A stretch of DNA of 64,000 nt from Candidatus Hermodarchaeota archaeon (lineage in GTDB: Archaea; Asgardarchaeota; Hermodarchaeia; Hermodarchaeales; Hermodarchaeaceae), in the NCBI GenBank assembly GCA_016839805.1, contig JAEOTO010000032.1, forward strand, positions 192,001 through 256,000. Direction: 5' to 3'. Made by a program: the position numbers and the translations under genes. Of the stretch, positions 17,654 through 26,267 are shown piece by piece (the first letter of the stretch is position 1; the number at the start of each line of letters is the position of its first letter). The notes below the pieces were generated by a model, which saw only the letters and a program-made list of their open reading frames with translations, was not told the DNA's origin and made no database searches.

Positions 17654-18723
17654 TCACGGAGGAGGCTGTGCCCTCCGATGACGTGCCTATTGTACTGTCG
17701 GGGACCATTTCAGATGAGAAACTATTTGAATCGGAAATCCGTGCTAGTGGGCGTGATTTTCAGTACTATCTTCGGCTGGGACGGACATTTGACTATCCTG
17801 CTGCTAAACAAATGGCTGAACTAGCCATCGAATTCGGTAACGTATCCGCGTTGCAAGCCTTGGCTCAACTCCAACCTATTGCCACTAGTGAAGCGATTTC
17901 CAGTCAAAATGGCGTTCACTTGATTGCGCGTTCAGCCCGAGAAGGTAATGTCGCTGCGCCCTTACTTTTTTTCCAACTCCGACATCAAATTCGAGGTAAA
18001 TATCGAGAAACTTTCCGAAAACTTGCCCGTGCTACCATTATCCATTCAGCGCTCCGGATTAGCGGTCGTGGTTTACGACCTGAAACAATTCAAAATGTTC
18101 CTTTCCATCCAGGTCTCAATGAATTCGATCTGGATGCTACACTAGAAGAAACCCTTCTAAAACCTGAATACGTTAGTTATACCGACATTGTCGGCATCGA
18201 GCGTGTAGCTCGAAGAAAAATCGGTACCATCATTCTCGATACTTCAGGATCCATGGCAGGTCTCAAATTGCTTACTGCCGCAACAGCAGCTGCGGTTGCT
18301 GCTTACCATCTTCGGCACGATAAATACGCGCTCATCGCTTTCAATACTGTCGCAAATACTGTCAAATCAATGGATCAACATACCACCATTGATTCTATCG
18401 TTGACACAATCCTCGATACCGAACCCGCTGGTTATACAAATATTGCTGACGCTCTCAAAACGGCTTATACCCAATATGAGCGCTCTCACCGGTATGAATC
18501 CTGGGCTATTCTCATTACTGACGGTATCGCCAACCGTGGTGGGTCACCAGAACCCTTTGCTCGTAAATATCAAAACCTCCATGTTCTTCAGACACCTGGG
18601 ACTCATCCCCAAGGTGAAGAAACCTGTCAACGCATCGCACTACTCGGTCGTGGACGTCACATTAAGGTAAACTCCTACACCGAAGTGCCACGTGCCCTAA
18701 TACGACTCTTACGACATACATAA
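17650..18723 (+). CDS. vWA-domain protein (MoxR partner)
   Basis: MIDAS DTSGSM, GYTNI, ITDG; 4-nt overlap with the moxR stop. Confidence 0.9.
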   Translation: MITEEAVPSDDVPIVLSGTISDEKLFESEIRASGRDFQYYLRLGRTFDYPAAKQMAELAIEFGNVSALQALAQLQPIATSEAISSQNGVHLIARSAREGNVAAPLLFFQLRHQIRGKYRETFRKLARATIIHSALRISGRGLRPETIQNVPFHPGLNEFDLDATLEETLLKPEYVSYTDIVGIERVARRKIGTIILDTSGSMAGLKLLTAATAAAVAAYHLRHDKYALIAFNTVANTVKSMDQHTTIDSIVDTILDTEPAGYTNIADALKTAYTQYERSHRYESWAILITDGIANRGGSPEPFARKYQNLHVLQTPGTHPQGEETCQRIALLGRGRHIKVNSYTEVPRALIRLLRHT

Positions 18724-18737
18724 CAAGAGAAAGTTGG

Positions 18738-18797
18738 TTAATAGGGGAAAGGACAAACGCCTAATGGACCAATTTCTTCTCCAGGAAGAGGATACAC
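18738..18797 (-). CDS. Micro-peptide MYPLPGEEIGPLGVCPFPY (19 aa)
   Basis: GTG start 5 nt after GGTGA, TTTAAG TATA-like box near 18831-18836; shares MYP...PFPY with the neighbouring micro-ORF. Confidence 0.6.
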   Translation of the reverse strand: MYPLPGEEIGPLGVCPFPY

Positions 18798-19054
18798 ATA
18801 ATTCACCAAAAGTTGGTGTGTAATTTCATACTTAAACACCAAAACATTTCGTACTATAGTATCGAAACAAAACCAAACTCATTTACTCAATTTTACAAAC
18901 GAATCTAAACAAACTTCGTAAGGCCAAATTACTTGCAAAAACTCTCTCAAAATCTCGTAAAAATAGTCCAACTCTTTTCGTGTAATTTTCTTTGTTTATA
19001 TAGAATTTTAGAACGGCTCCTATAGTAATAACAACTATGGAGGCATCTAACAAA

Positions 19055-19087
19055 ATGTACCCCCCGCAACATCCCTTCCCTTATTAA
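19055..19087 (+). CDS. Micro-peptide MYPPQHPFPY (10 aa; 16 aa if the in-frame ATG at 19037 is used)
   Basis: GGAGG at 19039-19043, TTTATATA near 18995; stop overlaps the stop of the 585-aa regulator. Confidence 0.6.
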   Translation: MYPPQHPFPY

Positions 19088-20841
19088 AAACTATTTTTCC
19101 TCCTTTTTTTTGACTTAATTTTTGGTAGTGTATTCTCTGTCCATACCCATTTTTTTGCATCAAAATCATAGTACTTTGGTTGAATTGGTGATTCAAAACC
19201 TGTCATTGCCTGCCAAGTAGGTTTCACTTGAAATGCTACATTGATTTCCTGGTTTGAAAAGATTTTTTGTAATGTTGATAGAACATCAACAGCATTATGA
19301 TTCGGGACATAAAGGAAAACATAACCATTACCATTTTCAAGAATTACTCCACTAATATTAGGAAGTATATGAAGCGATTGAAGTACTTGTATAGTTATTT
19401 CTCGTGGTTCGAAAATGTAAATTTGGATTACTGTGTCCAAGCCCACGTGGTAAAGAATCAATCCTTGTAGTTTGCTTACGTTGTTTTTTTCTAATTTCTT
19501 TATTTGTCTCCTAAATTTCATATGAGCTGAATCTGCAAGACCTGCGTAACGGGCTTCAAGTGATGGTTGTGCTGCTACTCGATCTGTGCTGAGAATAATT
19601 CTGTGATCTCGTCTAAAATATATGAAATCCTCAGGATTCAATTGAACAGGGAATTTCTGAGTGCTCTGTAATAAGTTGTAGGAAAATTCCAGTGAATACG
19701 TTTTTGGTATTTCTTCAACTGGTATCTCTTCTGATAAAATTGTACGAGATTTTTCGAGAATAACCGAAAAGTCTTGGGGCCATCCAATTTCGGGTATATA
19801 TGAACTAAGATTCCAGTTGTTAATAATCTCAGAGCTTCGTACGTTCATTAATATTGAGATCTTCTCTTGAACCACGAGGTCTTCTAACCAATCGTTAAAG
19901 GTCATTCTTTGGTTGTTTGGGATAAGTACTCTACAATGAAGTAGGTTATCCTGAATGAGGTTAATTAACCAGGTGTAACAAATTTCAGAAAAGAAAGATG
20001 AAATCTGCTGGCATTTCTTTTGGCTTGGTATCTGTAGAATTACCTCATGGGGAGTTAATCCGATTAATGGTAAGTTGATAAAGTGATATAAGCGAAGTAG
20101 ATGTCTTTGAGCAAGTTTATTCAACGCTTGACTAAGAGCAGAAGGGGTCATTTGAAGTTGTTTAGCAAGTTTGCTTTGATGGAGGGTAGTTATGTGTTTC
20201 AGCGTCAAAAGGATACGTAGCTCACTACTCGTAAGAGGGGTATGGGTCTCAAGCATCCACCGTTCAAGGGCGGCAGTATAGGTTGATGTGGCGAGGGGAG
20301 TGCCGGTGCTTGTGGGACGAATAGTGTTAAGCCAGTGGAGGGCGCGGTGGAGAAAGCTGCCGGCAACAACTTGATCGAAGAGGGGGAAGCCTAAGGGCGC
20401 GTCGTATATGTAGTGCTGGTAGTGTTGGGGTGGGGACACCTGCTTCCAGATCTTGGTAAACGCCTTATATTCAGATTCGGTATAGTTGCCGTAACGGAGA
20501 CCAGCGTAGAGGCCAAGGTCAGCCGCTTCGGGGATGTGACGTAGGTGAGGTAGAAGAAGGCTTAGGAGGGCTTCCCGCCAAAGCACCCAATCTAAGACAT
20601 GGGAGTCAGCATCTTTGAGGTCCCGGGCGAGGGCAACGTACCAACCGCCGCGTAGTTGGTTCGCAAGTTGTGTTTCAAGAGCGCCAAAGCGTGGGCGATC
20701 ATAGATTAACGGGTTGTCACCCCATACGAGGTAAAGAATACGGTCTTGCTTCCGGAATAAGGAATCCATAATGAGCTCGGTGGCTAATTGATCCTGTTTA
20801 CGATGGAACCTTTGCATCAGCTCACGCGACCTCGATGACAA
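19084..20841 (-). CDS. Large multi-domain wHTH (MarR/Lrp-like) regulator, paralog 1
   Basis: QSKLAKQLQMTPSALSQALNKL...INLPLIGL; N-terminal RFGA/LWREA/EAADL domain; second degenerate HTH/RAM module. Confidence 0.85.
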   Translation of the reverse strand: MSSRSRELMQRFHRKQDQLATELIMDSLFRKQDRILYLVWGDNPLIYDRPRFGALETQLANQLRGGWYVALARDLKDADSHVLDWVLWREALLSLLLPHLRHIPEAADLGLYAGLRYGNYTESEYKAFTKIWKQVSPPQHYQHYIYDAPLGFPLFDQVVAGSFLHRALHWLNTIRPTSTGTPLATSTYTAALERWMLETHTPLTSSELRILLTLKHITTLHQSKLAKQLQMTPSALSQALNKLAQRHLLRLYHFINLPLIGLTPHEVILQIPSQKKCQQISSFFSEICYTWLINLIQDNLLHCRVLIPNNQRMTFNDWLEDLVVQEKISILMNVRSSEIINNWNLSSYIPEIGWPQDFSVILEKSRTILSEEIPVEEIPKTYSLEFSYNLLQSTQKFPVQLNPEDFIYFRRDHRIILSTDRVAAQPSLEARYAGLADSAHMKFRRQIKKLEKNNVSKLQGLILYHVGLDTVIQIYIFEPREITIQVLQSLHILPNISGVILENGNGYVFLYVPNHNAVDVLSTLQKIFSNQEINVAFQVKPTWQAMTGFESPIQPKYYDFDAKKWVWTENTLPKIKSKKRRKNSF

Positions 20842-20935
20842 TATTTAGCCATCCAACCACACGATGACTATACAAGGGATTCAGGTTAATTTTACCTTCC
20901 GATTATCCTTGAAGTATCAATAAATAAAAGAAAGG

Positions 20936-20958
20936 AAGGAAACCATCGAGGTTTCCTT
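20936..20958 (-). terminator. Hairpin followed by a T-rich tract, downstream of micro-peptide 3
   Basis: AAGGAAACC-atcga-GGTTTCCTT perfect 9-bp stem with T-rich flanks. Confidence 0.5.
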
Positions 20959-21003
20959 TTAGTAAGTACTAAGTAGGAATCGATGTATGTCCCTTTTTAT
21001 TTC

Positions 21004-21042
21004 CTAAATATCATGAGGGTCAGGACGACGAGGGGGCCACAT
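21004..21042 (-). CDS. Micro-peptide MWPPRRPDPHDI (12 aa)
   Basis: Leader GGAGGCATCAAAACA-ATG closely matches GGAGGCATCTAACAAA-ATG of micro-peptide 2; TTTAAA box near 21094-21099. Confidence 0.6.
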   Translation of the reverse strand: MWPPRRPDPHDI

Positions 21043-21197
21043 TGTTTTGATGCCTCCGAGGGTTATCTACTCTTCATTTCATGTAAGTTTCCCTTTAAAG
21101 ACCGAAAATTATTTGCAAAAAGTAGGATGGATTTTTTTTCTAAATGGACTTTTTGTGTAATAATCTGGTTATTGGTTGTTACATTCATGAATAATTA

Positions 21198-22928
21198 TCA
21201 GGTGCGAGGTAGTGGCAAGGTATCTTTTGTCCATATCCACATGTTTTTTCCAAAGTCGTAGTTAACAGAATCTATAGTATATGGTCCCGTCCATCCATAA
21301 GCTTCCCACGCAGGTCTAATTGCTGTAACGGCCGGAATTTCAAGGGCAGTGAGTAATTCGTTTAAGGAGATTTGTAGATATACAGCGGACTCAGAAGGTA
21401 CAAGAAGTGTAGCAACACCAGCTCCATCATCGAATATTCTTCCTGCAACGTGTGGAAACAGTTGACACGCAGTGAAGATTAGGCGAGTTTCCTCTATTGA
21501 TGATTCAAGGTATAGATAGAGAGCAGTATTTAAGCCAATATTTAACAACCCAAGTCCGAGTGGTGGGCTAATTACTTCATTTTTTTCAAGATATTTGACA
21601 CGTCGACGATAAGCCATGTGTTCAGATTCTTTATATCCAGCCTGCCTCAACTCATGGGACTCAAAAAACTTCATGTGCTCAGTAGCGAGATAAGCATCAG
21701 ATGCTCTTTGCATGAAAAAGAAATCTTGTTGTTTAATCTCGATGCTTTTTTTCGAATGAGAGGAAGCCAGCTTGTAAAAGTTAATGGGTGGTAAATGTGG
21801 AATCCATTCTTCTGATATTAATCTCGAAAAATTGTCAAATATTGATTCGATTTCAAGGGACCAGCCATCCTTTTGGGGGTCGTACAGATTAAAGTTTCGA
21901 GCGTGCATTCTTTCTGAAATCATTCGTAGTTCCGGTGAGCTAAGACCATAACTTGAAGACACTTGTTTAAGCCATTGGCGGAATCGTGTCATTCGTTCTG
22001 TTGGAATTAAGAATGAAGCTAAAAGCTGATTATTGAATTCTTGAATTGCAAGTGCATAACGAATTCTAGAGATTATTTGCGTCAGGGAATTTTTAATTCT
22101 CATATTCGAAGTAGAAAATTTGACTGTGATTGGTTGAAGACCAAGTATCGGATAATTTTCGAAGATAACAAACCGTAAAAGGTGTTTTTCTGCAAGTCTT
22201 TTAATTACTTGACTTATTGTTGGCTGGCGGATGTTGAGTTTATCAGCTAATTCGATCTGTGAACAGGTAAGACAATTGTTAATGCCCTTTAGGATTTTAA
22301 GTTCTATTGGTCGTAAAATTCTGTGATAGTTGAACATCCAGCGTTCGAGATTCTCAGCATAAGTCTGTGTGGTCATCTTCGTTGATAGTTGAAAGAATGG
22401 TTTGAACCATAGTTTGGTCTTCTGGAGAAAGGTACCATCTACAAGTTTATCGAAAAACGGAAACCCTGCTGTGGGAAAATAGCGGTAAAAGGTATATTCT
22501 ATAGGTGGTGATGTAATTTCCCAGATTTGGAGAAACCAGTGTCGCTGCTTCTTGGTTCTGAGTGCATAGCGGGAGTAGCAATATAGACCGAGATCAGAGG
22601 CTTCTTTTACAGAGCGTACTATTTTGGGTATGTGGAGTAGATAGGCTTCACGCCATAATACCGCATTAAGAAGATTCCTACGTTCAGTAAGCAATTCTTC
22701 CGATAATTCCAAAGTTAATTGATTGTTGGTGCTTGTTTCGTTAGCACCGAAGCGTGGTCCGGTGAGTTCGATTGGGTTTTGGATCCAGCGAATAGTAGTA
22801 TACGTGTCGAGGGATTCGGTACCAATAATCTGTTGTAATTGTCGTGCGATTTCATTAAAACGATGCAAAGCTTCTGTCTTTCGTTGCTTAAGGATTTCAT
22901 CTGAAATTTTAGAAGGATTTGTATTCAT
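21198..22928 (-). CDS. Large multi-domain wHTH (MarR/Lrp-like) regulator, paralog 2
   Basis: Collinear with 19084..20841 (RFGA, LWREA, EASDLGLY, LERWM, W.WTKDTLP); SQIELADKLNIRQPTISQVIKRL. Confidence 0.85.
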   Translation of the reverse strand: MNTNPSKISDEILKQRKTEALHRFNEIARQLQQIIGTESLDTYTTIRWIQNPIELTGPRFGANETSTNNQLTLELSEELLTERRNLLNAVLWREAYLLHIPKIVRSVKEASDLGLYCYSRYALRTKKQRHWFLQIWEITSPPIEYTFYRYFPTAGFPFFDKLVDGTFLQKTKLWFKPFFQLSTKMTTQTYAENLERWMFNYHRILRPIELKILKGINNCLTCSQIELADKLNIRQPTISQVIKRLAEKHLLRFVIFENYPILGLQPITVKFSTSNMRIKNSLTQIISRIRYALAIQEFNNQLLASFLIPTERMTRFRQWLKQVSSSYGLSSPELRMISERMHARNFNLYDPQKDGWSLEIESIFDNFSRLISEEWIPHLPPINFYKLASSHSKKSIEIKQQDFFFMQRASDAYLATEHMKFFESHELRQAGYKESEHMAYRRRVKYLEKNEVISPPLGLGLLNIGLNTALYLYLESSIEETRLIFTACQLFPHVAGRIFDDGAGVATLLVPSESAVYLQISLNELLTALEIPAVTAIRPAWEAYGWTGPYTIDSVNYDFGKNMWIWTKDTLPLPRT

Positions 22929-23050
22929 TGTGAGAGTTCCCGTGGTTTTCCCTAGACTAGTCTATTCATGAATATGACATCTTAATAGTCTTAGGAAGAA
23001 TAAGTGATTGAAGGTGTGGAGTTTTTCTATTCTATAGTCTTGAGATGAAT

Positions 23051-23224
23051 GGCGCGACTGCTTGGTCGTAGTCCGGGTGGCTGAGCGGTGTACAATCTGT
23101 GGGGTGGTTGGATGCCTCGCAACAATAATCGATTGCACATCTCCCCTCGTTGGATCCGACTGCCGATTGAGGGTCCGGAATCGTGCCGGGGGTACAATAC
23201 GGTAGTCGGAGCACGGCCACTACG
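23051..23224 (+). ncRNA. Candidate structured ncRNA of unknown family
   Basis: GC-rich intergenic island folding into a three-way junction with many G-U pairs on the + strand. Confidence 0.45.
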
Positions 23225-23273
23225 TTAGCCAATTTTTATCAGAAATTGCTAACAGTTCAAATAGCAGAAGAAG

Positions 23274-23393
23274 TGGTAGCGGGGGGTTGATTTGAACAAC
23301 CGATCTCGGGGTTTCCCAAGGGGATTTATGAGCCCCGCGGGATATCAGGTCTCGGTGAGGAACACCAAGATATCCTGGCTACCCCACCCCGCT
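23274..23393 (-). tRNA. Initiator tRNA-Met(CAT) with two introns (D-loop 23344-23371; anticodon loop 23313-23326)
   Basis: A1-U72, consecutive G-C pairs in the anticodon stem, perfect BHB CAGG-ATA/CCTG-ATA; 78-nt mature form. Confidence 0.92.
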
Positions 23394-23501
23394 TCCGAAG
23401 ATAATGGGAATCGTTAGAGAAGAGCCGGCGTTATTGATTTAAGCTTTGTGCCTTGAAGAAGATAAGCAACCGGTTCGCTTTGAGTGATGGAGAAGAAGTA
23501 G

Positions 23502-23578
23502 TGGTGGGTCGGACGGGCTTCGAACCCGCGACCTCTCGGTTATCAGCCGAGTGCCCTACCAAGCTAGGCCACCGACCC
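23502..23578 (-). tRNA. tRNA-Ile(GAT)
   Basis: Intronless cloverleaf, CTCGG-CT-GAT-AA-CCGAG, encoded CCA. Confidence 0.96.
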
Positions 23579-23649
23579 ACTCGTTGTTCGGGATTGCGCG
23601 TAGGGTTTTTCGTTTATATGGGTTTTGCCGATGCAGTGATGGGGTGAGT

Positions 23650-23724
23650 TGGTGGAGTGGCCGGGATTTGAACCCGGGGCCTCGTGTGTGCGAGACACGC
23701 GATCTACCGCTGATCTACCACCCC
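23650..23724 (-). tRNA. tRNA-Ala(CGC)
   Basis: Cloverleaf, G3:U70, CGTGT-CT-CGC-AC-ACACG, encoded CCA. Confidence 0.95.
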
Positions 23725-23737
23725 ACTGGGTTCGGGG

Positions 23738-26152
23738 TTATTTTGGTGGAAGTATTTGTGTGTTACCCTTTGTGGTGAATTCTAGGATCTCGATGTTGTG
23801 CATCTGTTTCAAGTCATTAGCATAGGGTTGTAGGTCTTTGGTCGTGGTGACTCGGGGTATTACCTCACGAAAGCTCATTTTGTGGTCTTTTTTATATTTC
23901 CATACATCTGCGTTGAACTGAGTTAATGTGTCAGTGGGATGGTCTTGGTCGATGATAGCAATAGGTTCGGGAAATAATTGTTTATGAATCGAACTGTCAG
24001 GGCTGTAGAGTGTGCGATGGATTTTATCGGTGATGTATGGGCAGATGGGAGCAAGGAGTTTGAGAATACTATGGAGCACGGAATGGAGAGTATGCCAAGC
24101 AGCGTTACGCTCAGCGGTATCTTCTTCACTGTAGGCACGACCCTTAACTAGTTCAAGGTAGTGACTAGCAAAAATGTCCCAAGTGAAGGTTCGGAGTTCA
24201 CGGGCGGGGATATGGAAATCGAGTTTGTCATAACCCTTGCGACTTTTTTTTATGAGGTTGTTGAGTTCAGTTAGAATCCAGTTATCGGTAGGTTGAAGGT
24301 CATCCTTGTCTGCGTTGATATAGGGGAAACCGGAGATAAAACGGGAAATGTTCCAGAGTTTAGTGAGGAATCGGTGAGCGCCAGCTAATCGACCTTCACT
24401 ATATCGGAAGTCAGAGCCAAGAGAGGCTTCGAGCGCGCCCCATAGTCGTAAGGCATCAGCTCCAAACTGGTTAATGATAGGGTTAGGATCGATGGTGTTA
24501 CCACGAGATTTACTCATGGCTTCACCCTTTTCATCGAGTCCGTGACCACTAATCCAGATGTATTTGAAAGCGGGAGCTTTGAAAAGTTGATAGATTCGGA
24601 GAATGGAATAGTAGAGCCAAGTTCGAACTATATCCTTGCCTTGTGGGCGAATGCTCGCTGGGAAGGCATGTTCGAAAAATTCATTATCTTTGGAATAAAA
24701 GATTGTAATAAGGGCGCTTATGGATGAATCCATCCAAGTGTCCATGGTGCGGGTTTCGCCTTCGAATCCTTCGGTAGCTCCACATTTGGGACATTTTTTG
24801 GTTGGTGGTGGTGTTTTCCATGGTTGATAATAAACACCTGGTGGTGGAACGATGGTTTCATTGCATTGAGTGCAATACCAGAGCGGAATTTCCGTTCCAT
24901 AAAAACGGCGTCGACTAATGGGCCAGTCATGGGTGACACTATTAATCCAATCAATGAGTATTTGTTTGTGTTTTGGTGGGAAGAATTCCATCTGGTCAGT
25001 AACAGTTAGGAGATCATCAATGTATGGAATTTGCTTCAAATAATATTCAGGCATAGCCACAAATTCAATGGGATTTCTGCTTCGCCAACACGTAGGGGTT
25101 CGATGGATGGTGGTATCTTGTTTGATAACAAGATCCTTTTTACTTAGGTCTTTGAGGATTGCGCTTCTTGCCTTGTTGACGGTCATTCCCTTATATGGGC
25201 CCGTTACTTCCGTCAGTTTTCCGTCGGGACCAAGTGCGTTAATAGGTTTAAGTTGCAGGTCTCGAAAGAGGCGCACGTCAGTATAATCACCATAACTGCA
25301 CACCATGACGACTCCGCTACCAAATTCGATGCGCGCCTCATGGTGAGGGATAATTGGTACATTCTTTTCGTATAGCGGTGTAACTGCTGTTTTGTTGTGG
25401 AGGTGTTTGTACCGTTCATCTTCTGGGTTAACAAGCACAGCTGCACATGCAGACAACAGTTCCGGTCGTGTTGTAGCAATCGGTAATTCTTCATTCGTAT
25501 CCTTTACAGAGAATTTTATTGTCGAGAGGGTTGTTTCGATGTCCTTGTATTCGACCTCGGCATCAGCAATGGTGGTTCCACATTCAGGACACCAATTGTT
25601 TGGTCGGTCATCGATGAAAATTTGGTTTTTGTTGAAGAGTTCTATGAAGGTGCTTTGTGTAACGGCTCGATATTCAGGGCTATCGGTTCGATACATCTCA
25701 TCATGTTTGAAGGAGTTACAACTCAATCCTAGACGCTGTGCCTGAGCCACGACTAATTCTTCATTTTGATCCAAGAATTTTGCACACATTTCTAGAAACT
25801 TTTGTCGCGGTATATCATGCATACTAATATTGTAGGCTATTTCGACTTGAACTTCAATAGGTAATCCGTTTCGGTCTAATCCCATAGGAAAGATGACTTC
25901 ATTTCCTTCCATGCGTTTTGTACGGGCAATCATATCAATTTGAGCATAGTGAATTGCACCTCCAACATGGAAGGGACCACTCAGATAAGGGGGTGGTGTG
26001 TCAACAGAGAAGATGGGGTTTTTAGTATCTCTTTCAAAAGTGTATAGCTGCTCCTTAGTCCATAACTGAAGGATTTCCTCCTCGATTTTTGGCTTCCAAC
26101 GCTTTTCTTTTAGCAGTATCTTTTGCCCCATCATTTCTAGCCTCTGCACCAT
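23738..26152 (-). CDS. valS: Valyl-tRNA synthetase (archaeal type)
   Basis: DTPPPY, HVGG, ATTRPE, WPISR, MDTWMDS, AMSKS. Confidence 0.95.
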   Translation of the reverse strand: MVQRLEMMGQKILLKEKRWKPKIEEEILQLWTKEQLYTFERDTKNPIFSVDTPPPYLSGPFHVGGAIHYAQIDMIARTKRMEGNEVIFPMGLDRNGLPIEVQVEIAYNISMHDIPRQKFLEMCAKFLDQNEELVVAQAQRLGLSCNSFKHDEMYRTDSPEYRAVTQSTFIELFNKNQIFIDDRPNNWCPECGTTIADAEVEYKDIETTLSTIKFSVKDTNEELPIATTRPELLSACAAVLVNPEDERYKHLHNKTAVTPLYEKNVPIIPHHEARIEFGSGVVMVCSYGDYTDVRLFRDLQLKPINALGPDGKLTEVTGPYKGMTVNKARSAILKDLSKKDLVIKQDTTIHRTPTCWRSRNPIEFVAMPEYYLKQIPYIDDLLTVTDQMEFFPPKHKQILIDWINSVTHDWPISRRRFYGTEIPLWYCTQCNETIVPPPGVYYQPWKTPPPTKKCPKCGATEGFEGETRTMDTWMDSSISALITIFYSKDNEFFEHAFPASIRPQGKDIVRTWLYYSILRIYQLFKAPAFKYIWISGHGLDEKGEAMSKSRGNTIDPNPIINQFGADALRLWGALEASLGSDFRYSEGRLAGAHRFLTKLWNISRFISGFPYINADKDDLQPTDNWILTELNNLIKKSRKGYDKLDFHIPARELRTFTWDIFASHYLELVKGRAYSEEDTAERNAAWHTLHSVLHSILKLLAPICPYITDKIHRTLYSPDSSIHKQLFPEPIAIIDQDHPTDTLTQFNADVWKYKKDHKMSFREVIPRVTTTKDLQPYANDLKQMHNIEILEFTTKGNTQILPPK

Positions 26153-26267
26153 TCTTTAACTGAGTTACATGAAAGGAGCCATATTTGGCACTTGTTGTAT
26201 TTTTCTTTTTAACTAGGAGACGGCATTCTTTCGTATATTAAAAAGGCTTTCTCCAAGAATTTCTGAC

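Noticed and set aside
20983-21261. 92-aa + strand ORF between the regulators
   Set aside because: No recognisable features; antisense to the SD-bearing micro-ORF and overlaps the regulator 3' end
23032-23232. 66-aa ORF, or 5S rRNA, SRP RNA, RNase P RNA or tRNA identity for the GC-rich island
   Set aside because: TTG start with no SD and a stem-dominated sequence; the diagnostic motifs of those RNAs are absent
16592-23393. tRNA-bounded segment as an integrated element
   Set aside because: No integrase and no duplicated att sequence visible
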